Shown in pieces: positions 25,953-32,043 of a DNA stretch of 44,765 nucleotides. Source of the stretch: a virus; the IMG/VR virus record IMGVR_UViG_3300045988_086665; one strand, 5' to 3'. Positions within the stretch are counted from its first letter, which is position 1, and each line of letters starts with the position of its first letter. A model generated the notes under the pieces. That model was not told where the DNA came from, searched no databases, and saw only the letters and a program-made list of their open reading frames with translations. A program made the position numbers and the translations under genes.

Positions 25953-26474
25953 ATGGAAGATTCAAGAAAAGGGCGAAATTTGCGTTCTGTGGCGTTATTT
26001 CTCGCCGTGCTTATAATTACCCCACTTTTGATTTTGGGCTGTTCCTGCGCAAAAACAGCACAAAATAACACAGTTTATCGCGATAGCGCACACACCAGTG
26101 TAAGACGTGACAGCGTGAACCAGCGACAGATCCACTGGCAGGACACCCGGCAGCAGGACAGCGTATTCAAGCAGGACAGCGTGCTGGTGTACATCAAGGG
26201 CGACACCGTAATCAAGGAGCGGTGGCACAACCTTACGACCACCAGGTGGAAGACAACGACCAAGACGGACACCATCGTGGGCGACACCTACGTTTTCGTG
26301 ACCGACACCGTGAAAGTCAACCATTACGTTAACCGATACAAGACCAAGGAGGTAGAGAAGCCAGCGAGCACTTGGCACAAGGTAAGGCTATTCATTGGCG
26401 ATTGCGTGATTCTGTTTCTGTTCCTTCTTTTGGCAAACTGGATAAAGGAGCGCATCAAGAAGAGAGTTCAATAG
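25953..26474 (+). CDS. Unimolecular-spanin-like protein (N-terminal lipoprotein signal + C-terminal TM helix)
   Basis: 173 aa. The signal peptide ends in the lipobox-like LILGC. The middle is beta-rich and Thr/Asp/Val-rich. A C-terminal TM segment (LFIGDCVILFLFLLLANWI) is followed by KERIKKR. The gene comes directly after the endolysin. Confidence 0.55.
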   Translation: MEDSRKGRNLRSVALFLAVLIITPLLILGCSCAKTAQNNTVYRDSAHTSVRRDSVNQRQIHWQDTRQQDSVFKQDSVLVYIKGDTVIKERWHNLTTTRWKTTTKTDTIVGDTYVFVTDTVKVNHYVNRYKTKEVEKPASTWHKVRLFIGDCVILFLFLLLANWIKERIKKRVQ

Positions 26475-26502
26475 GTTCAATCATAATATCATTTGTTAGA
26501 AA

Positions 26503-26541
26503 GGGCAGGAAGCGCAGGAGAGCGTTTTCCTGCCCATTTTT
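26503..26541 (+). terminator. Intrinsic terminator ending the lysis/late region
   Basis: gggcaggaa-N15-ttcctgccc (26503-26511/26527-26535) followed by atttttg. Confidence 0.75.
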
Positions 26542-26745
26542 GTGCGAAGAACACTTTTCATTGAGAGAAAAGGGGTAGGGGATATGAGAGTTAGATTATA
26601 TATTCATTCAAACTAAGGCGTGCAGGTTATTATTATATAGAGTGTGGAAAACGTACCGAGAACGACCGAAATCGACCGAAAATAGCGGTGTTTATCATAC
26701 AAACAGCTAATAAAAGTTAAAATATTAATATCTTTCGGGAAAAGT

Positions 26746-26843
26746 TTTGGTGGAATGGAAAAATATTAATATCTTTGCATCGTGTTTAAGAGATAAACAC
26801 ATTAAACATTCAGTAACTTAAGCCCTAGGCAACACGGTAAAGC
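26746..26843 (+). promoter_or_regulatory. 98-nt promoter + leader cassette, copy 1
   Basis: TTTG (26746-26749)-N20-TATCTTTG (26770-26777), hairpin gtgtttaagagataaacac (26782-26800), box ttaaacattcag (26802-26813). The cassette is about 90 percent identical to 28358-28455. Confidence 0.7.
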
Positions 26844-26851
26844 CAAAGAAA

Positions 26852-27100
26852 ATGAAAAAGTCAAATTCAAACGTTTTAGAGTTCACAACAAAGTTCATCA
26901 ACTCAAACTTCCGCATCAAGGTATTCGGACGCACAGAGGATGGCAAGAAGATAAACACACTCGTAGGTGTAAGCGGTATCTTGAAGCTCATCGGAGCTGA
27001 ACTTTTCAACAAGTTCATCAAGCGAGCATTGAAGGCAGGTCTGGACGCTTGCCGCTGCGCACTCAGAAGAGGATTGGTAGTGACACTTTATGCTAAGTAA
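26852..27100 (+). CDS. Hypothetical small basic protein (accessory island)
   Basis: 82-aa ORF and first gene behind cassette copy 1. Confidence 0.6.
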   Translation: MKKSNSNVLEFTTKFINSNFRIKVFGRTEDGKKINTLVGVSGILKLIGAELFNKFIKRALKAGLDACRCALRRGLVVTLYAK

Positions 27101-27118
27101 TCAAGGGAGGACATAGAT

Positions 27119-27316
27119 ATGAGCGACTGGAAAGTATGGAGAGTTATCGGGTGCTACGGAAGGTATACCGTAGCACTCGTAAAACCCGAAATCAACGGAA
27201 GAGACAAGGTTGTTGAGCTCTCAAACAAGTGGTTCGGATTTTCAGAAATAAAAGAAGCCGATAAGCTTGCAGCCCAACTTAACAAGCGAGACGGATTAAA
27301 AGAACTTTATGATTAA
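27119..27316 (+). CDS. Hypothetical small protein (accessory island)
   Basis: 65-aa ORF, same operon. Confidence 0.55.
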   Translation: MSDWKVWRVIGCYGRYTVALVKPEINGRDKVVELSNKWFGFSEIKEADKLAAQLNKRDGLKELYD

Positions 27317-27321
27317 AAGAT

Positions 27322-27543
27322 ATGAAACAATACATTTTGAATGCTAAAAACAGCCTTGGGGAAGTTGACAGTCACATCGAGGACTACAGAACCAAGGAGA
27401 GAATGGAGGAAGAGTTTGCACGCATCAAGGAAGTTTACAGAAACAACCCACATGCGGAAATGCTGGAAGAAGGAGACCGACACTTCAAGGTTAAGATGGG
27501 TAGGGTGACATTCGAGTATTACATCACTGAACGAGAAATTTAA
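27322..27543 (+). CDS. Hypothetical small protein (accessory island)
   Basis: 73-aa ORF, same operon. Confidence 0.55.
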   Translation: MKQYILNAKNSLGEVDSHIEDYRTKERMEEEFARIKEVYRNNPHAEMLEEGDRHFKVKMGRVTFEYYITEREI

Positions 27544-27555
27544 ATTTGGTAAGAT

Positions 27556-28026
27556 ATGAAGGAATACGACAAGATACCAGCACAAGCGGTGGTCGAGGTA
27601 ACGACCAGCTGGGGAAGAACCTGCTTGTTAGAGATTGGGCGAGACCTCAAGGAAGGCACGGTGCTCAATGGCTATTATTATCCGGTAAGCAAGGCTTTCG
27701 ACTTTGAATGGAAGGGAGAGGGCACAATGCTGTGGATCGGGGACAACGGAAGGCTTGTAAGCCTTGGAGAAGGACAGAAGCACAAGTATATGATGCTTGG
27801 TCGTATGCTATCCGATTGCGAGTACTTCCTTCGCAACCCATACCAGCGGCACCTCTATTTCCCGAGCATCGCTAGACACTGCAAGGAAATGCGCCAGTAC
27901 TGGCTGTCGTTGAATATCAAGCCGGAGTGGTTATCTTATAAGCAGATTGGCAAGCTGGAGCACAAGATGAACAGAATGAAAACGAAGTTAGATAGACAAT
28001 TTAAAAAAGACAGATATGGAGAATAG
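27556..28026 (+). CDS. Hypothetical protein (accessory island)
   Basis: 156-aa ORF. The C-terminal half (YMMLGRMLSDCEYFLRNPYQRHLYF...PEWLSY) looks like a conserved domain that I cannot name. Confidence 0.65.
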   Translation: MKEYDKIPAQAVVEVTTSWGRTCLLEIGRDLKEGTVLNGYYYPVSKAFDFEWKGEGTMLWIGDNGRLVSLGEGQKHKYMMLGRMLSDCEYFLRNPYQRHLYFPSIARHCKEMRQYWLSLNIKPEWLSYKQIGKLEHKMNRMKTKLDRQFKKDRYGE

Positions 28027-28180
28027 AAGAAACATCAAGAGAACGAAGAAGGGTGCTGGCGCAACGGTCAAGCTAGTTGGCATACAGATAGACAACGACC
28101 TACTGCCGTACATCAACGCATTACCCAACAAGTCACGATTCATCAATGATTTGTTGAGAAAGAAATTTTTCAGTAAATAA
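28016..28180 (+). CDS. Small RHH-like protein (54 aa, below the track cutoff), paralogue of 41-235
   Basis: Translated by hand: MENRRNIKRTKKGAGATVKLVGIQIDNDLLPYINALPNKSRFINDLLRKKFFSK. It overlaps the previous ORF by 11 nt. Confidence 0.45.
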   Translation: MENRRNIKRTKKGAGATVKLVGIQIDNDLLPYINALPNKSRFINDLLRKKFFSK

Positions 28181-28212
28181 TTTGGTGGTTTCAAAGGAAA
28201 AGCGTACCTTTG
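28181..28212 (+). promoter_or_regulatory. Bacteroidota-type promoter with no ORF behind it
   Basis: TTTG (28181-28184)-N20-TACCTTTG (28205-28212). The TTTGGTGG start and the spacing match the two cassette promoters. Confidence 0.55.
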
Positions 28213-28218
28213 CATCAC

Positions 28219-28287
28219 TGAATGTTTAAAGTGGTTACCACTTATTACCCCAGCGACTCGACTTTTTCACCGCTGGGGTATTTTTTT
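28219..28287 (+). ncRNA. Candidate small RNA (about 65-70 nt): 5' seed, small hairpin, terminator hairpin
   Basis: Predicted transcript: ugaauguuuaaag, then aagugg-uua-ccacuu (28229-28243), then accccagcg-N15-cgcuggggu (28247-28279), then U7. It has no ORF. The 5' end is the reverse complement of the AAACATTCAG box. Confidence 0.4.
28247..28287 (+). terminator. Strong intrinsic terminator
   Basis: 9-bp GC-rich stem accccagcg/cgctggggt followed by ttttttt (28281-28287). Confidence 0.8.
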
Positions 28288-28357
28288 GCCCATTTTAAGC
28301 CGTAAATGTAAAATAACATTAAAATAACAATAAAATAAAAAGAAAATCGTTTAAAAA

Positions 28358-28455
28358 TTTGGTGGAACGGAAAAATATTAATATCTTTGCATCGTGTTTA
28401 TGAGATAAGCACATTAAACATTCGGTAACTTAAGCCCTACGCATCACGGTTAAGC
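28358..28455 (+). promoter_or_regulatory. 98-nt promoter + leader cassette, copy 2
   Basis: TTTG (28358-28361)-N20-TATCTTTG (28382-28389), hairpin gtgtttatgagataagcac (28394-28412), box ttaaacattcgg (28414-28425). Confidence 0.7.
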
Positions 28456-28464
28456 GATAAGAAT

Positions 28465-28770
28465 ATGACAACTAATATCAAATTCAACCGGGTTGTTGCA
28501 AAGGAAAATTTCAACAACAACAGTATCGAAGAACTGAAGAACGCTATTGAGAGAGGCATCCTTAGCGAAACAGGTCTGATTGTCGCAAGTGATATGAAAA
28601 AGGCAAAAGAAATATTGAACCCCGATGGTAGTCTTGAGATACAGAAGACCGTTGCAGGAGAAGCTATTGCCTTCCTCGCTGATGAGACCGCAGTGTCGGT
28701 AAGACTTATCCAACACAACCCTCATGGTCTTTTAAAATTCGTCTACACGATAAAAGCAACGGAAATCTGA
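28465..28770 (+). CDS. Hypothetical protein (monocistronic accessory gene)
   Basis: 101-aa ORF between cassette copy 2 and a bidirectional terminator. Confidence 0.6.
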   Translation: MTTNIKFNRVVAKENFNNNSIEELKNAIERGILSETGLIVASDMKKAKEILNPDGSLEIQKTVAGEAIAFLADETAVSVRLIQHNPHGLLKFVYTIKATEI

Positions 28771-28845
28771 TGTAAAACAACCCTTTATCCCTCGACATTA
28801 CGGTCAAGTCAATAGATACGAAACGTTTATAAATTATATAAAAGG

Positions 28846-28873
28846 GGACTGACGAAAGCCAGTCCTTTTTTTT
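28846..28873. terminator. Bidirectional intrinsic terminator
   Basis: ggactg-acgaaagc-cagtcc is flanked by aaaagg upstream and tttttttt downstream. It can terminate both the + strand 28465 gene and the - strand integrase transcript. Confidence 0.75.
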
Positions 28874-29036
28874 GTTCCACAAGTAGCCCGACCACCTGCA
28901 TTCCACCTATGCTTTGCGCTCTTTCTTTCGATTTACCCCGAATTTTGCGTTCTAAGCTGTTTGCGTAGTAAGCACGTAAAACTATCCCCGAAAACAATTT
29001 GAGCCGTTTCTGCGCCAAATTCGCAAGAAATAAGGG

Positions 29037-30203
29037 CTATTTTTTATTGTATAGCACGTAATCAATAACCCTGCGGTTTGCTTCATCTACTCTCGATAGG
29101 TCTGCATTGATGTAGGTGTCAGTTACCCGGACACCGAACGAGTGACCCAGTGCCAGCGATATTACGTCCTTTGGTATTCCAAGGTTGAAGGCGATGGATG
29201 CCCACGTATGGCGAGCGTAGTACGTAGTAAGCCCTTGGCGCACCTTTCCTAGCTTCTTATTAATCATTACCGTTGCAGAATCAACATTTTTGAAATGCTC
29301 CGAGAAACGAAGCAGCTTCTTTTCCCCCTTGTATTTCTCGATGATTCGGAGAGCTTCGGGATGAAGAAGGATGGAGTAATGCCTGCCAGTCTTCGCACGG
29401 TCGTATTCCAGTCTGCCACGGACGATATTCTCCTTTGTCAAGGCGAACAAGTCACGCACGTTGATACCAATGAGCAGGAACATAAGCTGGAACATATCGA
29501 CCAGCTCATCACCACCAGCTTCGAAGATAGAGCGGATTTCCTCAACAGACAAGTCTCGCTTTTTCGTTGTCTCAATCCGGAGGCTATACCTGCGGAAGGG
29601 GTAGTTTTTCGTTTGCTCATTATCTATCGCAAGATTGAAGACAGCAGCGACACAGAGCATCCTGCTTGTTCTGGTATTCCTAGACAAGCCTTCCTTTGCC
29701 ATAAAAGCATCGAAGGCTTCAAGCCAAGAGCGGTTAATCTCATCGTATGTAAGCAGAGCCGCTTTTTCCTTCCCAAGGAAAGCTTCAATCTTTGCCCAAG
29801 TGTACTTGTATCTATTGATCGTGTTCTTTTTTAGATTTCTCCCCTCGTAGGCGATGAAGCCATCACGAAGATGGGCGACCCTTTCCCTGGCAGGCTCGGC
29901 TTCAAGGATGATTAAGTCACGAAGCTCCCTAGCCGTAATGTCGCCACGGTAAGTATCCCTGCATTGCGCCTTCATCATCATTCTATTATAAAAATTCAGA
30001 CGGTCAAGAAGGAAGTCGTTGATAGCATCACGATCGGGACGCTTTCGCACCTTACAAGACCTTTTATCCCATTCATCTTTCTTGCAGTATTGATTGAGGG
30101 ATATGAAGGCAGTCCCACCGTGATGGTTAACGGCAAGACGGATGGAGAACGTGCCATCCTGCCTTTTTACCCTCGTGTCTAGATATAATCTCAGTGTTGC
30201 CAT
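29037..30203 (-). CDS. int: Tyrosine site-specific integrase (Bacteroidota phage/CTn type)
   Basis: 388 aa with an N-terminal SAM-like/arm-binding region. The catalytic C-terminus reads YYARHTWASIAFNLGIPKDVISLALGHS...VTDTYI (R, H-x-x-R, H, Y contexts). Confidence 0.92.
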   Translation of the reverse strand: MATLRLYLDTRVKRQDGTFSIRLAVNHHGGTAFISLNQYCKKDEWDKRSCKVRKRPDRDAINDFLLDRLNFYNRMMMKAQCRDTYRGDITARELRDLIILEAEPARERVAHLRDGFIAYEGRNLKKNTINRYKYTWAKIEAFLGKEKAALLTYDEINRSWLEAFDAFMAKEGLSRNTRTSRMLCVAAVFNLAIDNEQTKNYPFRRYSLRIETTKKRDLSVEEIRSIFEAGGDELVDMFQLMFLLIGINVRDLFALTKENIVRGRLEYDRAKTGRHYSILLHPEALRIIEKYKGEKKLLRFSEHFKNVDSATVMINKKLGKVRQGLTTYYARHTWASIAFNLGIPKDVISLALGHSFGVRVTDTYINADLSRVDEANRRVIDYVLYNKK

Positions 30204-30430
30204 ATTTCCGTGCAGTATTTATTCAGTTTATTTACAGCAGGAAGAACCGCAATTGTGCAGAGTGGTGCAGGATTGCGGCACTTCTCAGTTTCCCCAGTAT
30301 CAGAGAACCCCTTTATATACTGGGGGAAACAGTTAAGTTGTACTCAAAATCATAACGTATGCTTTAAATGGTTAAAAATTAGATACTTAATACTGTTGCT
30401 ATTTTTCCGTGCAGTTTTTATTCAGGTTTT
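30204..30430. other. Candidate attP region (direct-repeat arms around inverted-repeat core)
   Basis: tttccgtgcagtatttattcagttt (30205-30229) and tttccgtgcagtttttattcaggttt (30404-30429) flank ccgcaat-N18-attgcgg (30247-30278) and gtttccccagtat-N16-atactgggggaaac (30288-30330). The hexamer GTGCAG occurs four times. Confidence 0.35.
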
Positions 30431-30731
30431 TCACGATTTCAGACGTGAAGCCGGATGCGTAGAAGTCACCCGAACCAAGGAGCAGCCAGTATGGGTTGAC
30501 GTGATAGTCTCGTACCAGAAACTGAACCCAGGACGGACGGAAGCGACCGTAGCACTCGGCAGGCTTGTCTCGAAGGGATATGGTGTTCCAACGGTTGAGA
30601 CCGTACCGGTCCGTGATCGTCTTAAGACCTCCTATGCAGCCGTCAGCCTTCAAGCGGTCTAGGGCATCGAAGAAGCGCACGGCTATATCCACATCAGCGG
30701 ACATCAGTTTTTTATCTTCCATATTATTCAT
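30399..30731 (-). CDS. HTH DNA-binding regulator (Bacteroidota phage/CTn repressor-like)
   Basis: 110 aa. RFFDALDRLKADGCIGGLKTITDRYGLNRWNTISL...NPYWLLLGSGDFY has the HTH plus the WLL-x-G-x-G tail typical of this regulator class (from recall). Confidence 0.65.
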   Translation of the reverse strand: MNNMEDKKLMSADVDIAVRFFDALDRLKADGCIGGLKTITDRYGLNRWNTISLRDKPAECYGRFRPSWVQFLVRDYHVNPYWLLLGSGDFYASGFTSEIVKNLNKNCTEK

Positions 30732-30912
30732 TTAACTTTTGGTAGGCACGACCGAAAACGCTTTCCAGCCTTGCCCGATGATTATTCAATCTTTGCGACC
30801 AGTCCTGCAACTGAGCCAGCGTTGGGCGAGAAGCCAGCAGCCCATCCACCTCGGAAGGGGTGAGCACTTGCAGGTATTCCTCGTAGGCGAGAAGGTAATC
30901 AATTCGGCACAT
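30724..30912 (-). CDS. Hypothetical small protein (lysogeny operon)
   Basis: 62-aa ORF whose ends overlap both neighbours on the same strand. Confidence 0.45.
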   Translation of the reverse strand: MCRIDYLLAYEEYLQVLTPSEVDGLLASRPTLAQLQDWSQRLNNHRARLESVFGRAYQKLNE

Positions 30913-31441
30913 TCGGCATAACTAACATTACAAGGATATATCCGAGAACAGCAGCAAAGCCAAAGTATAGATAAATCTTTGCTATCTTCTCGTTTCTTGC
31001 TATGATGTAATCATCAGCTTCAATCTCTACCTTACGCCTAGATGATTGATGACCATCGTACCGTTCCCCTCTCTTGTATCGATTATCAGCGACATATACA
31101 GCCTGCGATTCATATAGCCAGCCATAGGCGGTATATTTATTTTTCAGCTTTCTGTAGCCAACAATCAGCAGGACAACTCCACCGATGATACTAAACACGA
31201 AACCAACGAAACCCCAAAACCAAGCAGCACCAACAGAAGGGACTATCGGCTGGATTCCTTCATTCTCTACCTTTCCAACGCTTGAAACACGACCAGCACC
31301 ACCAGCGGAAACATTCCTGTGCGGTATAGAGTGAGCATCGCCATAGATGTTATTGCTGACAACACGACCAGCATCTCTTCCTACCTGATTAACAGCAGAG
31401 CGAACGAAACCCTTTGCCAGTCCACTGATAAAACTTCCCAT
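30899..31441 (-). CDS. Membrane protein (two TM helices), lysogeny operon cargo
   Basis: 180 aa. TM segments AAWFWGFVGFVFSIIGGVVLLIVGY and IYLYFGFAAVLGYILVMLVM, with a soluble basic loop between them. Confidence 0.65.
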   Translation of the reverse strand: MGSFISGLAKGFVRSAVNQVGRDAGRVVSNNIYGDAHSIPHRNVSAGGAGRVSSVGKVENEGIQPIVPSVGAAWFWGFVGFVFSIIGGVVLLIVGYRKLKNKYTAYGWLYESQAVYVADNRYKRGERYDGHQSSRRKVEIEADDYIIARNEKIAKIYLYFGFAAVLGYILVMLVMPNVPN

Positions 31442-31444
31442 ACG

Positions 31445-31894
31445 CTATTTATTTAAATGATTAATATTTCTATCGTAAAACTCATTCCAAGCCTTTTTCT
31501 TGATGAAGACGAAGAAAATCAGCAGCCCTAGAGCGACCATCAGCAGGTGCAGTGGCTGACGCAAGACCCCGAACCCGAAGGAACGCTGGAAGTCGATGCA
31601 GAACGAGATCAGCACTCCGTAGGTAGCGAACGCTCGATGCACCCAGCAGAAGCCATAGGCTAGGCTGACGATGATCCAGGCAATGAAGCCGAAGAGCGAG
31701 CAGTCGAATATCCACTCCGTGAGTTTTACCCGATAGCCGAATGAGAGCAGGGTGCAGTGCACCAGCATCACAAACGCACCCACTGGAGGGATAATGCCTA
31801 TTATCAACCTGCTGGCTTTCCATAGCCAGCTTTTACCGAGAGCGGCAAGAAGAACCTTCTCCTTCCGTTCTATGAAATCCTCACCTTTCATCAT
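31445..31894 (-). CDS. Polytopic membrane protein (about 4 TM), lysogeny operon cargo
   Basis: 149 aa with four hydrophobic stretches (IIGIIPPVGAFVMLVHCTLLSF, LFGFIAWIIVSLAYGFCWV, YGVLISFCIDF, LLMVALGLLIFFVFI). Confidence 0.65.
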   Translation of the reverse strand: MMKGEDFIERKEKVLLAALGKSWLWKASRLIIGIIPPVGAFVMLVHCTLLSFGYRVKLTEWIFDCSLFGFIAWIIVSLAYGFCWVHRAFATYGVLISFCIDFQRSFGFGVLRQPLHLLMVALGLLIFFVFIKKKAWNEFYDRNINHLNK

Positions 31895-31933
31895 TACTTA
31901 GAATTTTAGTTGATATTGTACCTGGAGCGAGAA

Positions 31934-32038
31934 CTAAAGTTCACGCAACCACTTCTGACCTTTCTTTGATTTCAAGAAAATGCCGAATGCAATGGTCATT
32001 CCCAATGCCATCACGTTAAATAACAAGAATGCATCCAT
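31934..32038 (-). CDS. Possible 34-aa single-TM peptide (below the track cutoff)
   Basis: Translated by hand: MDAFLLFNVMALGMTIAFGIFLKSKKGQKWLREL. It fills the gap between two membrane-protein genes on the same strand. Confidence 0.3.
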   Translation of the reverse strand: MDAFLLFNVMALGMTIAFGIFLKSKKGQKWLREL

Positions 32039-32043
32039 AATCT

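Noticed and set aside
25976-25989. A 14-nt exact match, aaatttgcgttctg, between the spanin gene start and the hairpin arm at 11041-11054, considered as a further member of the intergenic repeat family.
   Set aside because: A single 14-mer match is at chance level for a 44.6-kb sequence compared with itself (expected a few). It also lies inside a coding region without the other family blocks.
26746-28455. Repeated roughly 100-nt sequences separated by unique DNA, considered as a possible CRISPR-like array or mini-array.
   Set aside because: There are only two full copies, 1.6 kb apart, each containing a -33/-7 promoter and followed by an ORF. The repeat length and spacing are wrong for CRISPR, and there are no cas genes.
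28880-29036. attP located downstream of the integrase stop codon, as in lambda-type layouts.
   Set aside because: There is no inverted-repeat core or tRNA-like sequence here. The segment instead belongs to the dispersed repeat family also found at 44576-44652. This is not excluded, but the 30204-30430 region fits an attP layout better.
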